The notes: a model not told the origin generated them from the letters alone. Shown: positions 25,940 to 38,459, numbered from the whole stretch's first letter. The stretch is DNA of 62,010 nt, filler included, from Basidioascus undulatus (GCA_000826855.1; 7 parts of 7 records of this genome joined end to end with filler, not necessarily neighbours in it); one strand, 5' to 3'. Made by a program: numbers and translations.

Positions 25940-26393
25940 ATGTCCATCGGCGTCCCCGTCAAACTCCTGCACGAGGGTCCGCCTCTCCGCCCTCCCCCGC
26001 CTCCTGCCCCTCATCAGTCCCCTCCTGACAACCCCCCCAACAGCCCTCGGCCACGTCGTGACCATCGAGCTCAAGACGGGCCAGACCTACCGCGGGAAAC
26101 TCGCAGAGGGTCCGCCGCTCCCCGCTCCTCTTCCGTCCTGCGGGCCGCGCTGACAGGCATGATGCCATGCGTGGGGTGGACAGCCGAGGACAACCTGAAC
26201 GTGTCGTTGCGGGACATCACCGTCACTGCGCGGGACGGGCGCGTGAGCCAGCTGGATCAGGTGTACATTCGGGGGTCGATGATGTGCGTTTCCCACTTCC
26301 CCTTCCTCTTCCCTCGTTGACGAGCTGACGCCCTTGATCTGCGCTTCAAAGTCGCTTCGTGATCGTGCCCGACATGCTGCAGAACGCTCCCAT
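25940..26393 (+). CDS. SMD3: Small nuclear ribonucleoprotein Sm D3 (3' truncated by contig end)
   Basis: [82 protein letters not shown] across four exons. Confidence 0.97.
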
Positions 26394-26488
26394 GTGCGTA
26401 GAGTCGCGTAGAGTCTTTCTTTCTTCGTGTTTTTTCGTGCAGTGTCCGTGTTGCATACGTAGCGTAGAAGGCAGTCCGGGACGTGCGC

Positions 26489-26588
26489 NNNNNNNNNNNN
26501 NNNNNNNNNNNNNNNNNNNNNNNNNNNNNNNNTTAATTAATTAANNNNNNNNNNNNNNNNNNNNNNNNNNNNNNNNNNNNNNNNNNNN
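26489..26588. other. Artificial contig linker (44N-TTAATTAATTAA-44N)
   Basis: Six-frame stop spacer flanked by Ns. Confidence 0.99.
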
Positions 26589-27773
26589 GCGCCACAGGCG
26601 AGCCGCCACAGCAGCCCACAACGTGTCCAGGTGGTGGCGCTCCAGATGCTCTGCTCGCGCAATCCATGATCCAGAAACCCTTGCAAAAGTGTTCGCTTCT
26701 TTCGAGGACATGACTTCCCGGGTCTCGTGGGGACACTTTGACAGCGTCTTGCCCGGCTATCAGCCTGTCATGAAGTTCCTGCAGATGATTGCTGCTTTAA
26801 CAAACATATTCCAGCCCGTTGTAATATGGGAAGATACCGTCGAGGGAGAGATAGATGAAGTCCAGGTGTCACAGTGCGTGTTCTTGTGAAAATTTTGTTG
26901 ACAGGCGACAGCCTGAGTGCATGTATCGCTTTGTTGAAGCAAAGCAATTACAAGCGATAATGGTGCGTTCGAGTCTGCATTGCGCAAAGCTCTGAGAGAT
27001 TTTTGGCCAGCGTTCGCGCTCACAGCCTTCTGCGACATTCAGGCACGGAAGGAGGCTGCCCACGAGCTCAGCCGACCCGAAATCATCGACGAAGGTTGCA
27101 GGCCTGTGATGCGCCTTTGTCCGCCACATGCTGGCTTGGGTGCTGTGTGCCAGTTCGGCGGGGGCTCTTTCTGGTTGCAGTTTGGACTGCTGGAGGCGAG
27201 AATGATTATGGAGGCAAGAGAGGCCATCATTGGGCCTCGACTGCCAAGCACTGAGAAGCGGGCGCCTCGCTGTTTTATTGGAAGCACTCGATATGGCAAC
27301 AGGGGGATCCGAGTGAGTCGCCGAGCGGATAAGGGTGTGCTTCAAGATTCAAGAGCCGGGCAGCGGCAGACGTTGGACGGGGCAAGGCCACCGGGAGGCG
27401 TCGCGGTCCAAATGTCAAGAGGGCGTTCCAAGCATAGGCGATTTGCTTCCATGCCCTCCTGCCTCCTGCCTGCCCTTACCTCTCTACACATGCAGGCTGT
27501 CGATGCAGGCAGGGCACTGCCCCCTTCATAACCTCCCTCGACATTCCCCAATTTCCCGCACCGCTGCCCTGCACCCTTCTTGTCTTCACTCTTCCATCAT
27601 CCCCAAGGACACACACCCAACATACGTCTTCCCTTTCCGCAATTCCACTACAGAGTCGCTTCGAGTTCCACAGCCTCCTCAAAGCTCAGCAGCGCCCCGA
27701 CCCAGTCTGCGAGCGACACGCCCTCGCCCGCGGCCCTCAACACTCTGCTTCTCGCATACCCAAGATAGCACCA

Positions 27774-29602
27774 ATGTCCAGCACCAAACCGTCCCGAACG
27801 CCGTCTCTCCACGAACGCAGGAACTTTGGGGCGCAGCGTGGTACCGAGTCTGGTGCGTCCACTATCGGAGCCGCGTAGGCGTTCTCCTTTCCCTCTCCCG
27901 CGCTCGCCCTTCGCGAGAATGGGGACTGACCAGAAGCAACGCTCTCAAACTGGACTGTTACAGACTCGTTCAAGATCGACTCCCTGAGCCCCGCAAGCGT
28001 TCACAGCGTCCTGCTGCCCTCGCCGTCCGCGCTCCACACGAACTGCGACTCGTCGCATGGGTCCCCCATCTCTTTCAGCCCGGGACCCGGTCACAACAGC
28101 TCCACGTCTGGCTTGTCCTCGTACCCCTCCTTGGCCGACAGCCTTCCGGACGGGCCCACCTCCCCGACCGCTATCGCTGCCGAGCTCGGGCCCGAGGACA
28201 CCTCCGACAGCTCTCGCGCTTCCAGCTCGCCCGAGACCCGCTACACCCACCTCCTGCGCCAGGAGCTCCGGGCGGACGGTGGTCCCAGACGCCCTATGAA
28301 CAGCTTCAGTGAGTCCAAGACCCTTCTCCGCGAGGTGCCGGGCGAAGCTGACTTCGCATCCTGCGTCCTACAGTGATCTTCGCTCGTGCGTAGCTTCCAG
28401 ACAGCAGCTTGTCCCGAGGCGCTCGAATCTGACTTCCTCCTGATCTTTTAGGGCACCGGAGGCCGCAGCTAGCTTTGCAAGATCCCACTCGGTGAGTATT
28501 TGTGTATCTGTGTTTCGCGGAGCTGCATTTTGGAGGACAGCGACTGAAAGCGGCTCCGCTGCAGTCGGACTACCGAGATCTCAAAGGTCTTGTCGGCCGA
28601 GTGGAAAGCTCTTCCAGCTGTGAGTATTTCAATGTGCTTGGAGAGGATATAGTGTACCTCGGGGGTTCAGGGCTTTGTTGATGATCGGGCTGTTGCAGGA
28701 GCAACGCGCCTTCTTCAACGACCAGGCGCAGGTGCTGCTGCGGGACTTCAAGTCGCGTTACCCCGACTACGTCTATGTGCGTTCCCCATGGGCCTTTTTC
28801 TCAGTGTTTCCTTCCACTAATACACGGGAAAATCCAGACCCGTGCGCCCAACAACAGTCGGCGGAAAAGCAAAGCCAAGGGCCCCGGGGCAAGCCCCATG
28901 TCGCCGACTTCCGTCTCCTCCCTTTCGCCCAGCTTGGTCGACACCCCGAGCGGCATCCCCGGCTCCTACTTCCCCCAGACGGGCACTCCCTCGCACACCA
29001 GTGTCTTGACGGGGTCGTCAGAATCCCTCGAGTACCCCGGCCCGCCCTCTCCAACGCACCAGATTTGGGTCGGCCCGCACGCTGCCGAGCCGTATGTCTC
29101 ACCGCCACTGCCGCCTAGCCCCTGGAGTGCGTCTTTTTGCATCTATGTATCACGGTACCGGATTGACCGTAGCTTGAAACCAGGCGTCCATTCGGCAAGC
29201 AGCTCCCCGAGCTTGACTTCGACGCCCGAAATGGGGCACCAACACCCGCCAGTCCCGACCTTCCAGCCCGAAAACGACGTGCACAACGTCTGGCGCCTCC
29301 CTCCCCTCCCGCAGCCTCTCCCCTTCCTCTCCCAAAATGCCCCCATGTGGGACGAGCCCCACCTCTCCCTCGACCTGCACGCCTCGCCGCTCATGGCGCC
29401 CCCGCAGCTCCCGCCCCTCACCGACCCCTCCCCGCTCCAGAATCTCCCCCCAGAGCGTTGGCCGCGCGAGGCGCACCAAATGTGGGAGCGCGATGCGCTC
29501 GGGCTGACGCACCACGAGCAGCGGCAGACGTGGGAATGTCAGCCGCAGCTGCTGCACCAGCAGGGCTACCACGCACGCTCGGAGTACGAGCACGAGCGTT
29601 GA
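27774..29602 (+). CDS. Sequence-specific HMG-box transcription factor (SOX/MATA-HMG class)
   Basis: Spliced HMG box PRRPMNSF/MIFAR/HRRPQLALQDPTR/RTTEISKVLSAEWKALPA/EQRAFFNDQAQVLLRDFKSRYPDYVY/TRAPNNSRRKSK, flanked by Ser/Pro-rich regions. ATG at 27774, stop at 29600-29602. Confidence 0.88.
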
Positions 29603-31753
29603 CCACGGACCCTTCCTTTTCTTTTCGCGCTTCTTTCTTTTTCTCTGGGATGTGTTCTACCCTCTGTTGTAGTTCTACTGGAACGTTTCGCTTCCCACCC
29701 CGGCCCTTTCGCGATATCTGTGGCCTGTTGTATTGGCTCGGCCGGACGTTGACACTGATTTATGCATTTTTCGCATCGCCGTCCACTGTGCGGGGTGGCT
29801 CGAATGTCTGATTCTTCCAGTCTCGGAAGGTGCCTGCATACCGCGGTATTCATGGGTGGTTTTTTGTTTTTTCAGTCTTTGGTCCCTCGCATCGCTGCAG
29901 GCGGCGGGGTGTGGACGGTGGAGTTCCGGACACCTTCTCTCTGCGCCGAAGCCGCAAGTTAGTCCGCTGCATACGCTCTTCTTTCAGACCCATCTGGTGG
30001 TATGAACATAAATTGGAAGCTCCGTCAGTCTCGCATGTTATGAGGGAGAGCCGTTTAAAGCACAGGATGCAGCGAAGGCGTTACTAGGTAAGGCTGCATC
30101 CTGAGAAAGATAAGGCGCTCTTCACATGGGAAAGTCTACCGTCCATTTCTTCCATATGGGAAACAGATGCTCGAGAGGGATTGCTGTCACTGAGCCCGAG
30201 GCTTTGGAACATGAGGCAGTCCACGAGTGCCCGGACGTGCTTGAGAGCGCCTTCCTTCCCTCTGAACGTCCAATACCTGACCTGTGCAGAAATTTATATT
30301 GACGATAATTATGTATCATGCAAGCTCATCAATGTGTGGCCCCCGGTGAAACTGTCAATAGCACCCCGCAACAGCGACAAAGGCCAAACCACCGTATCCA
30401 AGTCTATTCGCGACACCACAACGCCGCCCATAGACCAAGTACATGTGAAGCTCGTAGTGTGTGCCTCAGCTCGTCAAGGGAGTAGAGCGTCCGTGGGTGT
30501 GGGGCAAGGCGAAGATGGGGTGGGGGCTCTACCGTACACAGAGCTTTTCGATATGCTCTGAGAAGGTGAAAGGGCGCTCCACAGGACTCAATGCTAGGAA
30601 GATCACCTGTGGAGCCTCTTTGGGCTTCACGTCGGTCGGAAAGAGGGATCGAAAGTTTGAAGCCTGTGCTGAGCCCCCGCGGAGCAGGAGCGTGCGATCG
30701 AGAATGCGAACAATTGCCAGTAGCTCCCCTCGAACGAGGTCGTCGGCGAAGAGCTTGTTGCTACGCCCATGGCTTTCGAGCATGGCGCAGGCGTAGCTCG
30801 AGACCCCGAATCTCCTTGGCACCGAGAGCCTGAGCTGAGTCCTGTTGCGGTACCCTTCGTCGTTGCAATGACCCGCGGGTCCTTCTCGTCAACGGTGTCG
30901 CCGCGGAACTGGAGAGGCATGACGAGCTCGATAAGAGGGTGATTTGGTGAATTTGGTATCGGTGAAGATTGTGGCCGAAGGCAGAAGTCGTTTCGACAGA
31001 ACACGCAAGTCGGGCACCAGTCCACGCCGCATACGGGCCGTTGTAGAATCTTTACTGAAGTTGACGTCCGTCATCCGTCTTTGCCCAGCGCAAGGATCCC
31101 TACCTCACCCTATTTTTCTGACCAGGCAACCGCTCACACCCCAGCGCCCACGCATGCAAGTGAGATCAAGTGAGATCCAACTGGAAGTTGAAAATCATCT
31201 CGCGCTCACCTGCAACCTTGATGCACAGGACACATACATGTGCACAGTTCACAGTTCTCCATCCCGCAGAATGCCGTCTGCAATTCGGAAGAGGCTGTAT
31301 CGAGGCCTTATCACGGTAGAGCACCTCGGACAATCCGCCGCCAAACAGATGCAACCGAGCAGTGTCACGGCCGCAATGAACACATTGCTATAAGCAAAGG
31401 TCTTGACTGCAGTGGGGCAACTCCTAGATGACCCGTAACATGACCTTTTCCGTCCGCAACACCGCAAGCCCGCAAGCCACGGCAGACGTAAGCTGCGGCA
31501 AGCGGTTGAGATAGGACTCGATGGAGGTTTGCAGGGTCCACATGCTGGTATGCAGCTTCACGCTCGGCGAGCATAGAATACGCCCAAGCGCCTGCATTTG
31601 TCTGTCAGTCAGCCAATAGAAAGCTTTAAGTCATCGCCCTTCCATTCTGCGCGCGCTCGTAAAGCGTCGTGCACAGCCCCAGGCCACACCAGCCGCAAAA
31701 CGGCAACGCAATCGTCCGTGATACCAGATGAAAGACAGACACAGACCCCCACC

Positions 31754-32427
31754 CTACTCTTGCACATAGTTGCCTGTACACCTCCACACCCGTCAGCCAC
31801 CTCATCAAGACTCGGCGACAGTCAGTGCGCGCGACGTACCAGGGAAGACACCTTCGCGGCCATTGAGTCGGCCCGTCCACCTGGCGCACGGCAAGCGGCA
31901 AAAGTCAGCATCCGGTGTAGACAGCCCTGTGGGTAGGAAGGGGGAGGGACGCACCAGTCCTCGGCGCTCTCCGAACGCTGGACGAGCTCGATCCTGTCTC
32001 CTGCGCGGAAGTCGAGGTCCCCATCGGCCTATCACCCCACCGCCCCACACGCGCTCATCAGTCCTCGCTCCCAAGCATCTATCCAAAGTCCCCGTACCTG
32101 CGCAGCGAAGTCGTACAGCGCCGTAACGTACGTCACAGCAGGCTTTGGCTTCGGCTTGACAGGCGGCGGGGGCGGCGCGCGCTTCGTCGCCGCGGCGCCG
32201 TACGCGGACGACGAGGCGGAGGCCGGGGGCGGGGCGGTGTACGGCGGGGGGGCGGTCATGGATGACGGACTGCGGGTGAGGGACGCGCCCGTCGAGGACG
32301 GGGAGAGCTTCGGGCCGGAGCCGTACTCCGACTTGGCGGGCAGGCCGCTCCCGCCCGCGGCCTCGCGGCGGCGCGCGGCGGCGGCGAAGCGGCCGTGCCG
32401 GGCCAGACGGTCGACGTCGGCGGCGTC
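31754..32427 (-). CDS. RVS167: Amphiphysin-like BAR-SH3 protein, C-terminal Pro-rich linker and SH3 (5' partial)
   Basis: KRAPPPPPVKPKPKPAVTYVTALYDFAAQ/ADGDLDFRAGDRIELVQRSESAEDW/WTGRLNGREGVFP/GNYVQE*. The SH3 is certain; the Rvs167/Hob1 identity is inferred from the terminal SH3 and the preceding linker. Confidence 0.78.
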
Positions 32428-32527
32428 NNNNNNNNNNNNNNNNNNNNNNNNNNNNNNNNNNNNNNNNNNNNTTAATTAATTAANNNNNNNNNNNNNNNNN
32501 NNNNNNNNNNNNNNNNNNNNNNNNNNN
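32428..32527. other. Artificial contig linker
   Basis: 44N-TTAATTAATTAA-44N. Confidence 0.99.
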
Positions 32528-33743
32528 GTCGCGCGGCGAGAAACGCTGGATCTGGGGCGAGATGCGAAACGTTGTGCACCCGTGAGTCGAACCCGCTCGC
32601 CGAACGGCTCAGTTGCCGCGTGCTGAAGAGTCGGGTCTTTACGATCAGTCCTCTGTGCCTCGCTGCTTTTGCGCACTTCTTCCGCCGCGTCGACCGCTCG
32701 CCGCACTTCCTCACCCTCAACAACTGCGACTACCCCAACTACGAGTCCCATCCGCGCGCGATCGGCTCGACCTCGCACCCTGTCCCTCTGCACCCTGTCC
32801 CCGCGCACCGGCGCGACAGTAACGCGTTCGAAGTGAGCAAGCACCGAAGCGCGGCATTCGACAACGAGGTCCAGCGCCTCTTCGCATGCGCCGACCCGTA
32901 CTCGAGCCCCGGCCTCCCGCCGCTCTCTTACCGCGGCGCGTTCGAGGGCAAGTGGGTCGGCCGCTACGCCTACTTCGACTTTGCCAAGTACCGCGAGACG
33001 CTCGAGGGCGACGTCCGCGCGCTGTACACCGGCCCCTTTGGCGAGAAAGCCATCGCGTGGGAGTTCCACGAGCGCGTCGCCCGCGTCAAGGACCCGCGTC
33101 CGTCATCGCGCGACAGCGCGAGCACGAGCGGGCCGGGAACCAGCAGTCGACGGGGGTCGACCGTCCTGGCGTCTTATCAGCAGCCGCGCACCCCGCGCAC
33201 GCCGGCAAGCTTGAGCAAGCTCCTCAACCCCCTCGAGGAGGAGCCGTGCACGTCGACGACATCGGGCGGCGGGTCGGAGCGCAGTTTCGGCTCGTTCTCG
33301 TCTGCGCCGGACGACGACGATTTCGACGGCGAAGATGACGCTTCGGACCTCGAGCTTATGCTCGAGGGCGGCGGGACGAGCGATTGGGGCGAGTTCAACA
33401 TTCGGGGCAGGGTGCGTAGGTGGGATGGGCTCGTCACTATTGTTCTGGACTACGAGGTTCGTTGCGGTTCTTCGCACCCGCTCCGTCGCTGCGCATGTCG
33501 CTGACGCTTATAGTTGCGCGTTGTTAGCCTGATGGCCGAGGTCGGTGGCTCTGGCGCGGGTACATCTGCCCCGGCGGGCTGTTCATCGGCCGCTGGCGGG
33601 ACACGTTCACGCCTGAAAGTGCGTCGCTCCTTCCCATCCCTGGCTTCCTTGAAGGCGTATGCTGAATTGCCTGTCTTGCTTTTCTATTAGACATGTACGG
33701 CTACGAAGGTGCCTTCATTGCCGTTCGCGAGAAGGCGGGTTGA
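32528..33743 (+). CDS. Conserved basidiomycete protein C-terminal domain (family often carrying an N-terminal F-box); 5' partial
   Basis: GAFEGKWVGRYAYFDF...WEFHER...LEGGGTSDWGEFNIRGRVRRWDGLVTIVLDYE/PDGRGRWLWRGYICPGGLFIGRWRDTFTPE/NMYGYEGAFIAVREKAG*. Clean GT-AG introns. The F-box itself is not in the window. Confidence 0.7.
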
Positions 33744-34231
33744 GGCCGCTTGCGCGTCTCGGCATTCTATCGGCTTTTGTCGCTTGCACATATCTCGTTG
33801 ATTATATCCACTATCCCAAGTAATCGCATTTCCCCGCACTGCATCGCATTCCCCTCCGCTGTCCGCCTCATCCACTCCCGTCCTTGCCTCCTCGCATCTC
33901 GCCTTCCCACCCCACCATCCCCTCATGTCATTTGTTGCCGCATCCCCTCATAACTTTAACTCTCACATCCGCCCGTATCCAACTTGCTCCTTTGCTCCGT
34001 CGCCGAACTGCCTCACCTGCCCTCGCCTCACATTATCCCCGGCACTTTTGGCAGCACACCTGTACTTAGTGTTGACTGAGTACTAGTAGCTCGTTGCTCA
34101 CCATTCGTGCGATGTTCTACAATGTCACTTTTCTGTTGGGGCCAATTTTCCGTCTGCAGTCATTGGCAACCGCGGGTATGCGCGCACAGGTCACGGTATG
34201 GCCGCGTTGCAATCGTAATGAAGCATACGAA

Positions 34232-36896
34232 TCACGGCACGACCTCCATCGCGCCCAGCTCAATCACACGGAACCATGTCTTTTCCGCCAGGTTGCTCTT
34301 GTCGTCTGTGAAATGACGGGGACCCATAGTCAGTAAAGTGGAAGAACGGTGCTGCTCGTCAAAAACAGCCACTTACAGCCGATGACTGTCGCCCAGTCGA
34401 TTGGCAGAGGACCGCGCTTTCTGGATTCCTTCCAATCGCCCACGTATTCGTTGGGCACGCCTTGAAAGAGGAGAAAGACTCGACCGATCACATGCGGAGA
34501 TGGCCGAATGGAGAGGACCGCTGCCGGATCGAAAAAGTCTGTACCGACGTTGAGGGGCAAGATAGTCAGCCTGTTGATGGCCGTGCGCTTACACACAGCT
34601 TCTGGAAGCGACAAACCTTGTTGCAGGAACCGGAAGGCGATGTAGCCATTGTGACGAGCAAGATAGGGCCTTGGAGTGGTGCGTGGGTTATGTCTGAATT
34701 GCTAGTGGCCATCGGCAGTGTTAAGGGCTTACATGAGGTCGGCGATGAAATGTGAGCGCTGCTGGAGGGGGATGCCAAGGTCCTTTAGGATCTGTAAAGG
34801 AAGAGAACACGGAGTTCAGTAAGCGATATCGACGGTTGAATAGAGACTCCTGCACCTGATCTATCCGCTCCGGCATCTTGTTTGCCTCAAGCAGGACCTG
34901 CAAGAGTTGCAACCGATCAGTCGTCCTTGCTGTGGAATCCGCGAGAGCTTCAGAACCACTCACAGCGTTATAGTCTACCAGATCAGGATTTGCAGGATCG
35001 AACGGCTCTTGATCGTCCTTGGATTGGCGTGGCGCCCCGAGGTTGGGCCTTGCTTCTAGTTCAACACGACTGCATTGCAAAAAAATTTGACATAAAAAAG
35101 GACGCACGTCGCTTCCCAGTGCACGCCCGCAGCTTGAATCCCAGTGTTGACATCTGGCAAGGCAAGTCTTGAGTCGGCTCCGTCCCTGTCGTTCGAAGGC
35201 ATGCAAAGGTTACAAAGAGCCTTACCGGTAATCGAGCCGTCCTTGTTTGCCCGCAACACCAGCGGTAGTGTCTGCTTTTCCTTTGCAGCGATAACCTCGG
35301 CCATCGGCCACGAGGCTGTCGCACGCCAGCCAGCCGAAAGGGTGAGCTCGAATGTGAGGAACTGGTCCTCTGGGGAAAGTATTGAGACGAAAGAGCGTGC
35401 GGTGTGGTTCCGTAACTTGAGCTGATAGCCGCCCTGTGAAGCACGAAGCGGTGCAGAGAGGGTTGTCAGGTACATTTCGGACACACGCAGGGCGGGTACT
35501 CGAAGGTCACCTCAACCGCGAAGTTATTGAAAGCGACAGCTGTCGGCGGAAGTGGGGAAAATCAGCAGGCCGTCGCCTGGCGGGTTCTTCGTTAAGGTTC
35601 CACAAACCATTTGGAAGTTTTTGACCCTGCGGTAGGACGACATCAAAACGTGGTCCTGGAGATTGGAAACCTCATACATCTCACGAACATGGAAGACGAT
35701 GCTGCGTACTCTGTGCGTCAGGCATGTATAACAAGAAATACCGCCCCAGCGCTCACTCACCGGCCCTCCGCATCGTTCTGCGGTTTGATCACGAGTTCAC
35801 CTGCCATGCACGAGGTCAGTGACGCAGGCAGATGAATCCGCTGAGGTCGTCTTCCCGCACCAACATATCTTCCTTGCACGGCAGAGCCTGTTTGCGCCGC
35901 GTTCCAATCCAGGTTCACCTGAAGTTCAAGGAGGAGTCAGAAATGCATGATAAACACCAGGCCAGCGTAGGACTCTTGAACGCACCGATGGCATGCCCTT
36001 CACGTCCAGCCGGCAGGCCTTGTCTTTTTCGTTGAACAACGAGAATCGCATCTGAAACCCCGTTTGAGACCATGAAGGTGATCGGAGGGTGTAATTAAAG
36101 CCGACCTACCGGGACTAACGCAGGAGGGATGCACAGTCAGCGTGCAAGTTGCGTTGGGCAATGGCAACTGAGCAGGCAGAGGCTTACTCGGTTCAGGCTG
36201 TGGCGGCGCTTCTGCAGTTGAGAGCCTTGTCCGCTCAGTCCATGTCTCTATTCCCCGACGAAACGAAACCGACGCACGGGTGGCCAGAGGATCGCCGAAT
36301 CCCTTCTCCATGACCCCGAAAGCGATGATCTCCGTCCGCAGGACAGGCTGCCGGTCCACCCCACCACCGTTGAGCCCGTGAAGGGCCGCCAACACGCACA
36401 AAGACGCACCTTGCCGCATTTCAGCAACTGATACACGCTGTCGTCCCCTATCAAAACATAGTCCCCTTGCGCCGTGGCCGCCAACCATGGCGGCGCGTCT
36501 TTTTTCTGTCTTCGGGGTCAGCTCCGCCTCTCGCATGGCCCGGTGCCCTCTGCTCACATGTACGCCCAGACGGAAGTACAGGTTCGGGGGCATTGCCCAC
36601 CGGTCTCGTGCTGTAGACATCGCAGCCTTCTCCACCGGATGAGCTGAGTCCTCTTCAGACCCCGAAGAACAGCAGACGACTGTACCTCCAGCGTGGGCGG
36701 CAGACCCTAGCAGGATGCGTTAGTTATGTCCGGATGCTAGGAGATGCAATAAGAGTGGCAGATCACTTACCGTGACGATTTCTCTTCCGCCCGCCCCCAA
36801 GATAAGAACACCCGGACTCATAGACATGTTGGGATCGACTGGAGCGACGCCCGGATAACACATTGGCGTCGGGAACATGGGGTAACCGCTGTACAT
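34232..36896 (-). CDS. Highly spliced, divergent ubiquitin-like-domain protein with a conserved C-terminal domain of unknown function
   Basis: ATG at 36896 (MYSGYPMFPT...GVLILGAGGREIVT/GLPPTLE/AAMSTARDRWAMPP...DYVLIGDDSVYQLL). C-terminal exons: RSFVSILSPEDQFLTFELTLSAGWRATASWP...RANKDGSIT../GIQAAGVHWEAT/..FDPANPDL../ILKDLGIPLQQRSHFIADL/..YIAFRFLQQ/..AAVLSIRPSPHVIGRVFLLFQGVP...DWATVIG/DKSNLAEKTWFRVIELGAMEVVP*. This matches the recalled family pattern KPVIYL..W..YP..DG..YLFWEA..LGL..FITYW..RF..P.PD..RVFMLF.G..FRVLEWGGMEV. Confidence 0.7.
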
Positions 36897-38050
36897 CGAG
36901 AAGGGACTGTAGAGTAAATATGGTGTGGATGCTGTCGATATGATGTGGATGCTGTCGAAGATGGTGATGATGATGGTGCGATGTCAAGTTCAGACGCTCC
37001 GAGCGGCCTTCATAGGGTGTAGATCGAGAAACAACCCGCGACGGTTAAGCAACGGCATCCGCTGTCAACCGTCTGCGGGAAAACACACGCCGTTCTGCCC
37101 ACCAAATATTCATGGAAGGCCTATACAGGAAATGTGAGTGGAAGGGTCTGAGGAAGGAAGGACATTCGTGTCAGTGGGCATAGTTTTACATCTTCAGTTC
37201 CCATACGCAGCGACGAAAATTTCAGTTTCATGCAGAAGCAGCCATCCGTTCAGCTGCACTCGGTCTGGGAACGAAAAAACCCTATCTCTCACAGAGATAC
37301 GACGGTGTTGTCCAACATTTCATCTTGCCCGTCCGCAATATTGGAGACCAGAGGGGATCCACCCACTCTGGAGCGGGGAGGATGCACCCACCCGGGGCGC
37401 GTCTACTGAAGCGATCTCTACGGCAACCCATTAAAGAGGTTCCCTCAATAAACCTACCGATATTGCTTAATCTACAAAAATGAGACTGTTCGTTCTCAAA
37501 GAACCGTTAGTTGCTGTCGTCCATGCGAAGTATGAGCGCTTGTCGTCCGGGCTTGCGCCGCGTTCATAACCGCCTTCAACCTGGACTGTCTCGAGACAAG
37601 CAAATTCCTAGCAGAGATTGATTCTCCATAGCTACGGAAGAGAAACAGGAAGCCGTGGCTGTTAGGCTTCGGGGATGGATAGATCGTAGGCTGGTTATCC
37701 ATGATGTTCGCAGTCAACTTCTTAAGACTCCAATGATTCACAGAATGAAATAAAGCATGCAGACAGCATCAGAAGTGCGAGGAAATATTATGGACACATG
37801 AACTTGCATGAACGGCTTCTCGCCATGGAAGAGTTTCGAGTTTCGATTGCGACCGCCTACGGAGAACCCTCACAATGGTCCCTAGCTGAAAGCCGACTGC
37901 TCTCCGCATGACAGCATCCCAAAACGTCTCTGCGTGTCTGTCTCTCTACTCGTACAACGTCTCGCCGCCTCGCGGCTCTACAAATACAAGCATCCCCCTT
38001 CCTCCCCTCAAACCTCCCTCTCGGCACTGTCCCGTCCCAGCACTCCTCCC

Positions 38051-38299
38051 TCAATGCGACCCCGCGACCTCCGCCCTCCTCTCGTCGGCCTCCCGCCCCT
38101 CCTGCGCGAGGACCGGGCTGTCGCGCAAGTCAAACCGGTCCATCACGACGCGCTCGAGCTGCGGCCAGATCTCGTCTGACGTCGCGCCCGTGAGGGTGAC
38201 CAGGCGCGGGGCTGCGTGCCCGGCGAGCGGGGAGGCGTAGTACGAGAGGAGCGGGGCAGTGTGCGACTGGTAGGTTTGCAGCCGGCGGGCGAAGGTTTC
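38051..38299 (-). CDS. ADK2: Mitochondrial GTP:AMP phosphotransferase (adenylate kinase), last exon
   Basis: After a CAG acceptor: ETFARRLQTYQSHTAPLLSYYA...RLVTLTGATSDEIWPQLERVV...*, the post-LID region typical of fungal Adk2/AK3. Confidence 0.8.
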   Translation of the reverse strand, partial: ETFARRLQTYQSHTAPLLSYYASPLAGHAAPRLVTLTGATSDEIWPQLERVVMDRFDLRDSPVLAQEGREADERRAEVAGSH

Positions 38300-38359
38300 C
38301 TGTAGGGTGGGAGGGGTAAGTGGAGGAAAGGAGGGAGAGAGGGAAGGTGACTCTAAGGC

Positions 38360-38459
38360 NNNNNNNNNNNNNNNNNNNNNNNNNNNNNNNNNNNNNNNNN
38401 NNNTTAATTAATTAANNNNNNNNNNNNNNNNNNNNNNNNNNNNNNNNNNNNNNNNNNNN
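38360..38459. other. Artificial contig linker
   Basis: 44N-TTAATTAATTAA-44N. Confidence 0.99.

Noticed and set aside
26533..26544. Recurrent palindromic TTAATTAATTAA (six copies, roughly evenly spaced) as a biological repeat or CRISPR-like array
   Set aside because: Always embedded in exactly 44+44 Ns. It is a six-frame stop linker added during contig concatenation.
26589..27400. ORF fragments at the start of contig 2 (ETLAKVFASFEDM..., ALRKALRDFWPAF...)
   Set aside because: Protein-like but interrupted by stops, and I cannot assign a family. Possibly a decayed gene.
27774..29602. Mating-type locus
   Set aside because: Only a lone HMG gene is present. No homeodomain pair, pheromone precursor or STE3 receptor is visible on the contig.
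30120..31600. Minus-strand fragments (MPLQFRGDTVDEKDPRVIATTK..., YACAMLESHGRSNKLFADDL) as a gene or transposon
   Set aside because: No transposase, RT or integrase motif is recognisable, and I could not build a supported exon chain.
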